A stretch of DNA of 37,146 nucleotides from the NCBI GenBank assembly GCA_030167865.1, contig JALAGF010004934.1, positions 1-37,146 of the forward strand, given 5' to 3'. The notes under the pieces were generated by a model, which ran no database searches, had not been told where the DNA came from, and was given only the letters and a program-made list of their open reading frames with translations. This stretch comes from Craspedostauros australis (Eukaryota). Below, piece after piece: positions 1-9,299 of the stretch (positions are counted from its first letter, which is position 1; each line of letters opens with the position of its first letter). Made by a program: the position numbers and the translations under genes.

Positions 1-17
1 CCATCGAACGCGCATGA

Positions 18-1118
18 ATGGCATCTTCCCACGGACGCCATCGTCGATTCGCTGGATCCATCCTCCTGCTGATTGGGATCGTCGCATGGTCCCTGCGTTG
101 CAACCGGCGCTTGGTTGGCGGCGTCGCCTCTGCGGCGGTGGAATCAACGACCATCGTTGAGACGCACGACGCGACGCTGCAAGCCAACGAACCGCCTCCA
201 AAGCAAGAGCCACGGTCGCGGGTTAGCTGCCACACGACGCATGTGGAGATCAACGACATGCAACAGCTGGATCGCAGCAGCATCCTCGATGAGTTCAATC
301 TCGCGCAGCACGTGCAGATCGAAGAACGCAGCGACGATGCCACGGCCGTCGCATGCGCGTTCATTGCGAGACCGAACTCCAACCACTTTGCACACGCCAT
401 GCAGCAGCTGTACGGTTGCTGGTCGTACCTGCAGCAATTCCGCGACGATGAGTCCATCCGCGCTGCGATTCTCATGCCGCCCAACTTGCAGCAACGCCTG
501 CGACAGAACGCGTTCCTCGCCGGATTCCTATCGCACATGCCCGTTCGCAATCAATTGCGCGGCGCGCGCACCATCGTCTCCATCAACGTGACGGGCGGGT
601 ACGTGCTGCAGCATGCCGATCGGCTCCTTCCCAATTTGCGGTCGACGCCGAACACGGACTGCGACAATCCACGTGTCACGGTCCTGAATCGGCGCAGATC
701 CAAAGGCCGGTCCCTGATCCATGCGGAGGAATGGAATGCGACGGTCGCGTACTTTGAAGGCAAGTCCTTTGAGGAACAGATCCGAACTTTGCAACAGACG
801 GATATCCTGCTGAGCCCGCATGGTGCCCAGCTGACGGGTCTGCCGTTGTTGGGTGGGAGCTGTGCCAGCGTGTTGGAATTCTTTCCCAAGGCCTACGCGA
901 TCCCTGAATTCTACGGAAGCCTCGCCATTGCTGCGGGACGGCGGTACCACTACGTCAGTCTGTCGGATGGGGATCGATTCGAAGAGCAGGCGCAGACCAT
1001 GAGACAGCGGGTGCAAGCGCGCGCGGCGAATCTGTGTCCTGCTCCGGACGACGTTGCCAATTTCATTGCGACGATGGTCAAGGAATGGAAGCAGTGCTGC
1101 ATTTCGATGAATTCGTGA
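18..1118 (+). CDS. Glycosyltransferase family 61 / DUF563-type protein, probable type II membrane protein
   Basis: 366-aa ORF. Short basic N-tail followed by a hydrophobic segment (FAGSILLLIGIVAWSL). C-terminal GT61-like signatures: 'VTVLNRRRSKGRSL', 'FEGKSFEEQIRTLQQTDILLSPHGAQLT' (HGA motif), 'SVLEFFP', 'FYGSLA'. Confidence 0.8.
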   Translation: MASSHGRHRRFAGSILLLIGIVAWSLRCNRRLVGGVASAAVESTTIVETHDATLQANEPPPKQEPRSRVSCHTTHVEINDMQQLDRSSILDEFNLAQHVQIEERSDDATAVACAFIARPNSNHFAHAMQQLYGCWSYLQQFRDDESIRAAILMPPNLQQRLRQNAFLAGFLSHMPVRNQLRGARTIVSINVTGGYVLQHADRLLPNLRSTPNTDCDNPRVTVLNRRRSKGRSLIHAEEWNATVAYFEGKSFEEQIRTLQQTDILLSPHGAQLTGLPLLGGSCASVLEFFPKAYAIPEFYGSLAIAAGRRYHYVSLSDGDRFEEQAQTMRQRVQARAANLCPAPDDVANFIATMVKEWKQCCISMNS

Positions 1119-1407
1119 GGTGATGTGCGGCACGCCTATGGCACGTGCGGCCGCTGCATTGCAGAGGGCCTTCTATTCAGGTGTATACGAACACTACAGC
1201 AGATATGTCTGTTCGACATCAGACTGCCAGTATGCTGCTCAGCAGGCGAGACGAAGCAGCTGCCAGCCGACAAGCACAAGTACACGCGCAAACGAGGACA
1301 CATACAGGAGATATTCCTGTACTACTCGAACAATATGCATGTATCTATCGATCCATCAATGAGCCAACGGGTATGTATCGCTAGGTTGGTGTCCCCCTGC
1401 ACTTCCT

Positions 1408-3656
1408 TCATCCAATGAGATTCAAAAGATCTGTGTACATGGTCGCCATTACAACGTGGTACTGAGCCTTCTCTTGGATATTCATGCCGTGCACTGCATC
1501 ATCGTCCAAGAACACAGAAGTCTTCAGTTGGTGAAAGAGCTTTCGGTGACGAATGCCAAAATCAAGATCTTCCAGGGCGTCACCGCCATCACTGCCGACG
1601 ATCGGAGTGAATTGAGCAGTGACGTTGCACGGAAGGCCAGCCTCGAGAAAATCGTCACGAACGATGCAATTGTCCAGCACCCACATGTCGCAACCAGATG
1701 AGCAATTGCTCGTTGAGGGTTGAAGCGACCCGGGCTGTTCTGTTGCTCGAGCCTCAGTCAGGGTGAATGACGGCGGGGACGATGGATCCTGCGATGGTTC
1801 GCGAGATGGTGCACGAGATGGAGGGCTGGATGGGCTTTGCGAGGGCTCCTGTGATGGATCCTGTGATGGATTTCGCGACGGAGCCTGGGAAGGATCCCAA
1901 GTCGGGACTTGCGACGGAGCCCGGGAGGGTGCCTGCGATGGCGTACGAGATGGATGGTATGACGGAGTTCGAGAAGGAGCCTGAGTCGGAGCTTGCGACG
2001 GGAGCCGGGATGGGCCACGAGTTGGGGCTTCGGACGGACGGCTGGACGGAACCACAGAAGGGTCATTGGACGGAATCATGGACGGACCACCGGACAGAGA
2101 ACGTGATGGAACCTGGGACGGCTGTGCGGGAACCACAGTTGGCATATCTGAAGGCATGATCGTGTCATCGCGATGGCACTCGCATCCACAGCCTGCGAAT
2201 GAAACGTCGTAGATTGACGCGTTGACTCCAACCTCCAATGCAGCGTTGGTCCATGATCTGCTCACGCCGTCCAAGAACGACAGGCGAGGTCCGTCGTATT
2301 TACTTGGGTCTTCTTCAACAACGGGCTGTTCCACGGTCGCTGTGCATGGGTCAACCATGGGCTGTGCAAAGCCGACATCGAGAGGGTGGCTGCAGCTTGT
2401 ATGGATGTTCGCAACGCGCACTTGCACATTGGAACCACCGGAAGCTGGGACGAAGTACAGAGGAAGATCAGTTGGCATCTTCTGATGAAGGTCAAGCCGA
2501 TTGCGTTCATCGTCCCAGGATCCCAAGCAGATCTCGTCGCCATCCGCGACATGCATGGTGTCGTACGAAGTCGCGCAAGCTATCCCCACCCCAAGATTGG
2601 AGAAAGATAGATCCACGCCATCGTCATCACATGGAACGAATCGAACCGCATGCTGCTGACCTGTGCGAATTGCATCTTGGCCAAGACATGGTGAGATGCC
2701 ATCGACATCAGCCGGATCCAGCGAGAGAAACCCGGATGCCTCCGCCCCGCTCAAGCGGAGGCGCAAGAACGTGGCGCCGCCATCACAGCATTCGGATTCA
2801 TCGTCAGTATCGTCGCCAGCATCGTCGCTGGCATTGGTGTCGCAGCCGGTGAGAAGCGACCCAGGCCATTTGGCGCTCATGGCGTCTTCGAAGACGAAGT
2901 ATGTGCCCGCGTGCTGCTGCGAGGCAATGGACGATGTCACGATATGATTAGGATCGTCACGGCACGTTCCCAGTCGAACTGAATACGGCGGGTAGATGGG
3001 CTCGCTGCAGGACGTGTGCAGGGTGGACAAGGTGACGGACGTTGTGCCGCTCACGGAATGCGGATTCTGATGGTACACGAGGAGGTTGGTCGGAAGCTTG
3101 GTTTCAAGGAAACGATGGCTGGGGGCATCGAATGACATGACGCAAACTGAGTCGCCTGAGTACTCGTGAAAGATGGAACGTCCAGGTCCATGCAATGGAG
3201 TAGCAAGCAAGTCATGTTGACGGCCCAGTGTTGGATGCGGGTTGCGGGACGAAAACGAGAGAACGGAAGAGACATGATGGCAATGGAAAGGAGAGGAGAG
3301 GAAAGGGAGGGCAGGGTAAGGGTAAGAAGAGAAATAGAGGATAGAATAGCGATGCTGACCCTGCAGTGAACCGAAGCATTCAAAGCAGAGCGTGGAGGAC
3401 ATGCAATTGTATGGTATGGTGAGTCATGCCAAGACCTCAACTTACTGTTGTTCACGACGACCGTATCATCAACATCAGCTGATGGATCGCATGCTTGTCC
3501 AACTCCCTGCACTGTCGCGAAGCATTTGCGACAGTCGGCGAAGACAGCTGCACGTTGCGAGCGCTCGCCCTTCGAGTCGTTTGGGCACGGATCGTTGACA
3601 TCCAAGTCTTCATCGAGCGCATACGGCATGATGAACCTCGTGTCATAGTCGTACAT
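1408..3656 (-). CDS. Cys-rich protein with two HTSCS-motif modules and a Pro/Ser 4-aa repeat tract; probable extracellular or cell-surface protein. Proposed exons 3656-3446 and 3155-1408 (652 aa); 5' end uncertain
   Basis: Long ORF 1408-3402, whose 5' part (~3230-3350) is a pyrimidine tract that looks intronic. A phase-1 donor A|GTAAG at 3445 joins in frame to acceptor TACTCAG|GC at 3156, giving ...VVVNN-S-DSVCVMSF. Motifs LHTSCSEPI and IHTSCSHPL; (P-S-x-x)n tract. No signal peptide in this model, so another upstream exon is possible. Confidence 0.7.
1765..2160 (-). repeat. Degenerate 12-nt coding tandem repeat encoding (PSxx/PTxx)n
   Basis: Translation PSQVPSRSLSGGPSMIPSNDPSVVPSSRPSEAPTRGPSRLPSQAPTQAPSRTPSYHPSRTPSQAPSRAPSQVPTWDPSQAPSRNPSQDPSQEPSQSPSSPPSRAPSREPSQDPSSPPS. 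Confidence 0.9.
3156..3445 (-). other. Predicted spliceosomal intron (290 nt)
   Basis: GTAAG donor, internal polypyrimidine tract, CAG acceptor; splicing restores one continuous frame. Confidence 0.55.
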
Positions 3657-3757
3657 CAAAAATCGATCGGTTAGTTATTTGTAAGAAGATTATAAGGATT
3701 ACGAATATGTGCTTGGTTTGGATATCGAAGATGAACAGTTAGAATGCCTGTTTCAAA

Positions 3758-3870
3758 CGAGTGGTCGACTCACTCGGGTGGCTACTATGCGAGATATCTC
3801 GTGTGTGACGTCACCCCATATCGTGGCGTCCACCCCAGGGTCTTTGATTGGTTGATTCCACGTCACGAAC
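3758..3870. promoter_or_regulatory. Candidate regulatory region between divergent genes, with clustered palindromes
   Basis: CGAGTG-N7-CACTCG (3758-3776), CGAGATATCTCG (3790-3801), TGACGTCA bZIP/CRE-type site (3806-3813), and a reverse CCAAT (ATTGG) near 3848. Confidence 0.3.
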
Positions 3871-4800
3871 GACAACAACGACAACAACGACCCAATTGAG
3901 CTTCGCCCATCGCGATGGCTGTTTGTTGTCTCGCGTATTGGTTGGTTGTGTGTTGTGCACCGGTGACACGACGAAGTGGTCGGACAAGACAACGAAGGTG
4001 GACGACATGAAGGACACAAAAGCACGGCCAGCGTTGCCGGATGCAGCGTCTCAGACACACTGAGAAACAGAGGAGGGTTTGGCTGTCACAGCGCCTGTTC
4101 CAAGGGCTGGTGCAGACCCTGTTCCTCCACCATAATAGTATTATTATACGTGTACGATCTATTCTATTATCCTCCATACGAGGTGCTCGTCCTGCTTGTG
4201 TTCCTCACTCTGCGGCGACCCATACTGATACTCTTGTGCTGCAGGTCCTATTGCGCTTGCTTTTCTCAGCTCGTGTTCCTGTCTCAATTGTCCACACATC
4301 GCGAGAAGAGAGAAAGGCAGAGGCAGAGACAGAGACAGAGAGAGGACTTGGAGAGGAGAAGCTCTGCCTAACAAGGTGGCACGGAGACACAACAACGCAC
4401 GAGACGAGAAAGCAGAGAGGAGAGACAGCACCGGAGAAGGCCAAGCGAACTTTCCGCGCTTGGTCACAACTGTGGCACGAAGAACCGCGCACCGGAATCG
4501 TCCAGCAGGGTCTTGTGCTCTCAAGTGCTGACTTTCTGCGCGCCACTGCATTCGATACATTCGACACATCCAGGCAAAGCAAGGAAAGCAAGGCACACGA
4601 GGAATACCACTCCAATTGTAGTCGTACGCGAGCTAACCAACACAACGCAGAGCACGGCAACCCAGCGTGGGACAACGCTGAATAGAGACGGAAAGGACGC
4701 ACAGAGCAAGCCAAAAGGCAGAGCCAGACGGCATCGTCCACCGTCCAACGCCACAAGCAGCACCACAAGCGGCATTATCGAAGCTCAGACAACAGCTCGA

Positions 4801-6738
4801 ATGAGCATGAGCCCCTCCTCCACGCCTGCTGTCACATCTGCTGCCACGCCTGCCGCAATGTCTGCTGCGGATGTCGGCAACGACCACGAGAAGAGCGTCC
4901 CCTACGATGGCCTCGTCTTCAGGAAGTACCTCTCGCCGTCCGTGCTGCAGAAGATGGACCTTGTGTACCACGATCTGCCGCAGCTGCCGAATACGGAGTC
5001 CGCGCGGTCGCTCGCCTTCGTGGATTGGGAGGAGCTAGAGATCCAGACCGTGCTTGGCCAGGGAGGCTTTGCGTACGTGCTCAATGTCAAGCACAATCCT
5101 GGCAAGTCGCCGGAGGCTTCGGCGCCGTCCTCGCAGCAGCAGCAGTCACAGCTACAGTCACAGCTACAGAAGCGAGAGCAGAGGCAGACCCCCTCCTCGG
5201 CGCACGCCCCGTTGTCGGAGAAAATGGATGCTGCGCCAACCTCGACGCACCAACCCGCGCAGCATCATCTGCCGCAGCACCTGCTGCCCACTGTCAACTA
5301 CGCCTGCAAATGTCTCAAGTCCAAGAACATCAAGTCCAATCGTGATCTCATTGCCGCGGCTCATGACCTCTTCCTTGAGGCGCATTGGCTGCGGCAGATC
5401 CATCATGAGAACATCATCGCCCTGCTGGGTGTCTGCGCTGCCGATGATGTGCGGGAAGACTCAGAGGAAGCCGAGGAGACGCCCGTCTCATCTGCTCATT
5501 CGCATTCACTCGCGAATGCACAGAAACAACAGTCACAACATGTCAACAACAAGAGATACATGGCCAAGCTATCGCAGTCCTACGTTCAAGGCGCCGGCAA
5601 CGGCTTCTTCCTCATCCTGCCAAAGTTGGAACGAACATTGCTGGAGCAGTTCCGCATGTGGAAGCAGCAGGAGCAGGGATTCGATAGCTACGACGAGGAC
5701 TACTACTGCGACGGATACAACGGCATCTCGCAGCGCTTGCAAATATACGATGCCTACGATACGTCAGCGCCAACCACCATCGCCGAGGACGCCAACAGTC
5801 TCGGCACCTCCCCGTCACAGCAGCAGCAGCAGACGCGATCGTGGAAGTTCTCCTCCATCCTCAGCGGCATGAGCAGCAGCGTGGCATCCACCTCCCTGCT
5901 CTCCAAGCGCAGCGTCCACCAGCGCCTCCGCACCATCGCCATACCCATCCTCAAGGCCATGGAGTACCTGCATTCCCAGAAGCACCTCGTCTACCGCGAC
6001 CTCAAGCCGGAGAACATCGGCTTCCTGCGACGCAGCAACAGGCTCCACGTCCGTCTGCTGGACTTTGGTCTCGCCCGGACGGTGCGCCAGTTGCAGGATC
6101 TGCCCGAACCGGAGATCGCCGGATCGTGGCGCTACATGGCGCCGGAGCTCATACGGCAGGACGATCCAAACATGTGGATCAACATGCTCTCGGAACCTGT
6201 CGCCGATGACGCCATAGATGACGTTTATGCCCAGTACTACTGCGCCTGCGACATCTACTCGTTCGCCATCGTCCTGTGGGAGCTCATCACGCTCAACGTG
6301 CCATTCCTCGACTGTTCCAGCCCGGAGGACTTTGAAAGATCCGTCGGCTACCGGAAGCACCGCCCTTCCCTCACCTTTGTCGGCAGCAAGAAATTGCAGC
6401 TGCTCCTCATCGATTGCTGGCGGGAGAATCCATTCCGCCGGCCATCCTTCGCGACCGTCCTTAGACGCCTCGAACACGATATCCTCAGGGTCGACAAGCA
6501 AGCCGCGCCGCAACACAGACCATTCACGGTCACAATCACAGCGCCCAAGAAGCATGTGCCCAAGCAAGAGGCATCGATGATGCAGCTGCCGGAACAGTCC
6601 GATACGCGTCCGGCGCTTCCACCGAGGCAATCCACGTCGTCCGTCTCGTCGCATTCGCGTTCGCCCAATCGGTTCATGTTGCCGCGCTTTCGGTCCTCCA
6701 AGTCCGCCTCCAGCAGTCTCGGCGATGACGAGGTTTGA
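4801..6738 (+). CDS. Ser/Thr protein kinase, TKL-like, with low-complexity inserts
   Basis: First in-frame ATG is at 4801. Motifs: LGQGGFAYV (Gly loop), YACK (catalytic Lys), LFLEA (alphaC Glu), YRDLKPENIGF, LLDFGLAR, GSWRYMAPE, DIYSFAIVLWEL, CWRENPFRRPSF. Confidence 0.93.
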   Translation: MSMSPSSTPAVTSAATPAAMSAADVGNDHEKSVPYDGLVFRKYLSPSVLQKMDLVYHDLPQLPNTESARSLAFVDWEELEIQTVLGQGGFAYVLNVKHNPGKSPEASAPSSQQQQSQLQSQLQKREQRQTPSSAHAPLSEKMDAAPTSTHQPAQHHLPQHLLPTVNYACKCLKSKNIKSNRDLIAAAHDLFLEAHWLRQIHHENIIALLGVCAADDVREDSEEAEETPVSSAHSHSLANAQKQQSQHVNNKRYMAKLSQSYVQGAGNGFFLILPKLERTLLEQFRMWKQQEQGFDSYDEDYYCDGYNGISQRLQIYDAYDTSAPTTIAEDANSLGTSPSQQQQQTRSWKFSSILSGMSSSVASTSLLSKRSVHQRLRTIAIPILKAMEYLHSQKHLVYRDLKPENIGFLRRSNRLHVRLLDFGLARTVRQLQDLPEPEIAGSWRYMAPELIRQDDPNMWINMLSEPVADDAIDDVYAQYYCACDIYSFAIVLWELITLNVPFLDCSSPEDFERSVGYRKHRPSLTFVGSKKLQLLLIDCWRENPFRRPSFATVLRRLEHDILRVDKQAAPQHRPFTVTITAPKKHVPKQEASMMQLPEQSDTRPALPPRQSTSSVSSHSRSPNRFMLPRFRSSKSASSSLGDDEV

Positions 6739-7246
6739 TGCAACAACATATTCAACAAATAGAGTTTATCATGAAACAGAACAGGTCGTGGGGGAGACCA
6801 ATGCTGTCCTTTCGTGTTTTGCCGTCAAGTGGCAATGATATCCATGTGGTCTCTAGATCGGCATCAAGAGTGCATTCGTGATACCTGGAGATGAAAGATC
6901 TAACGTTAGCTCGCTCGCGTCCATGAAGGTCTGACAAACATCTTTGATCGCACCACAGAATATTCGCAGAGCGCATATGATAGATAGTATCTTTGGGACA
7001 CACACACACACTCTTTGGAACTGTGTCTATCTCTCTGTGGAGGGAGTCGTGCTGATTGAAGCCGATCGTGTCAACCGTATCTACAACCACGCTGGAGTAC
7101 ACTGAGTGACTCGAGGCACTCTACTCGTATTGTTGGCGGTATTGCATTCACATAGCAAGAGCACATTGCCTGTGCTTCTTCTTTCAAATTGAAACGTGAA
7201 TAGGAATGAACCAGGACACGCCATGCCGTTCTCCATTCAAGGTTCC

Positions 7247-7573
7247 TCATTCATTCGCACTCTTCTGGTAGGCCTGCGCAATAATAGAGGCTCGATTTGC
7301 CCAAGTCTGGAACACTTTCCATCGAACGGACATGATGCCATCAACAAGCGCCTTCACGTGTTCATGCTCCCAAGGAGACGGATGAAGCATCATCTCGTCA
7401 ATTCAAACTTGTGCAACGATGCGACCAAGGGGTGTCACAAGAAACCTCCAAACACGAACATCCGTGGACACGCGATGGTTCGACGACGTTCCTTGACGTG
7501 CCGCCCCCTTGTTGACGAGGTCCGGTATCCATGAGGCATCAATCGCTTGTTCGCACCAGGTTCGTTGAGACCA
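7247..7573 (-). pseudogene. Possible exon relic with one in-frame TGA (7405-7403)
   Basis: Polypyrimidine tract and CAG acceptor at 7576-7574, then WSQRTWCEQAIDASWIPDLVNKG...VRVWRFLVTPLGRIVAQV*IDEMMLHPSPWEHEHVKALVDGIMSVRWKVFQTWANRASIIAQAYQKSANE*. Protein-like composition but no family recognised. Confidence 0.3.
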
Positions 7574-8476
7574 CTGGTGCGGCGAAGCAAGACGGAAGAA
7601 GAGAACAAATGGGGCGAAGAAGATGGTTTGAACCTTGGTCGGCGATGTTGATGGATGATAGATGACGCATGATGGATGGCGGAATGCTCGAGAAGCACAG
7701 TCGTTCGAAAGACCATTTGATCTTGCAGGCGCATGCTGGAAGTTCCAGATCTAAAGAATAGATCGTACCTCATGGCTGGGGCCTGCTCTCGCAACAACGA
7801 AGGGTGATGAATGCTGATAATTTACGAACGCCGCACCACGAGTGAGATGATGCGACTTGATATGATCATGCGTTGGTCCCTCTCTTCTTTGTGATGTGCT
7901 TTGGAGGGCCGCACGATCCGGCAAGAGTGGCATCAACGCGATTATCCTTGAAGCGTATCCAGACGCTGCTCTCTGCGCGCACCCTGGTGTTATTCTGTGT
8001 CGTGCACCTGTCCCACGAATCAATTTGGACATCACGCGATGCACATCGCGAAATTGATGTCACGCGATACTCAATGCGCATTGTCATGAACACATGGGAT
8101 CAACCATCGTGTAGTGTCGTCAATGAACCAACCCACCATCTGTCGGATCAGTGGTACGCGTTTGGGATGGCGAATGAGACCTCGCGTTCGCTGAACATTT
8201 GCGAAGTTGCATCCCTCTTTGCCCGGACAAGATGTTTGGTATGGTATGCTATGGTATGGTAGCTCGTACATAGAGCACGACCAGTGATAGAGCTTGCCTC
8301 ATGCGCTTGTCTGCGGTGCTCATCTCAAGAGAAGGTCCTTTGACGTATTTTGAGTGTCGTCTAATGGATTCTGACATTTGGTTGCCCGCTTCGATGTTGT
8401 CGTGCGTACTGCATGATTATTGTTTTTTATCTTGTTCTTCTTAATGTTTGTTGTGAGGAGTGCGATTAGGGATGGC

Positions 8477-8533
8477 ATGGGTGTGATCAAGAGTTGCAGA
8501 GTGCGATTATGGGTGTGATCAAGAGTTGCAGAG
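8477..8533. repeat. Direct tandem duplication with 32-bp period
   Basis: ATGGGTGTGATCAAGAGTTGCAGAG occurs at 8477 and 8509. Confidence 0.85.
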
Positions 8534-9299
8534 GCAAGATGACGAGATGCGACAGCCAAGAGCGTCCACAACTGGAAATCATCGAGGTCCATTTTGTGAT
8601 GGCGCCAATCCTGCTTGGGCAGTATTCGAAACCAAACGGCGAACGCACAGGCTGAATCACGGATGGACATAGTGTTCTTTATGTCATGTGAACGCTGTCA
8701 GTCGAAGCGGTCTTGATGTTCGGAATGAGTGCCGAACAGAAATGAACAGAAATGAAGCCAAACGCAGAACCCAACTGCCAAACGAATGGGCACGATTGCA
8801 CTCCGCAAGAACAACGCAGAGCGCGTGCTGGTGTCATACTTTACGAACAGGGGGGACCTCTCCGCCGCTCCAATAAATGCCGATGGCAGTGCCAACATGG
8901 TGTGTGGTTCGAGAGGACGGATGAAGGATCACGTGATAAAATGGCACAACGAATGGCGTTCGAGACGTACTTCCCAATTTTATGCCCACCCAACCACCAA
9001 CACGTACGAGTACGCTTATTCTGTTACCCTCTACTATTACTGCTGCCGTGCTACCTCTTCGTTGACGGTTGGAGTTGCGCCAGGCGAACTCGCACTGTAC
9101 GTGCTGTATGTACTGTTGCTGACACACATCAATTTCTGGATCGGACAGCATCAGAACGATGACGAGATCTCTGGCCACTCCACACATCTTACTAAGCCAG
9201 CATCAACACATTCTATGATATAAAGAAAGAGATCAGCTCACAACAAATGCAACAGATGCGACCAATACAACAAGGACAACAGCACTCTTCGACACAAAG

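Noticed and set aside
4513-4800. N-terminal extension of the kinase ORF from TTG
   Set aside because: In a eukaryote the first in-frame ATG (4801) is the more plausible start; the extension looks like CA-rich 5' UTR.
7403-7405. In-frame TGA as selenocysteine
   Set aside because: No redox motif context (no CxxU/UxxC) and no SECIS that I could identify; a nonsense mutation is simpler.
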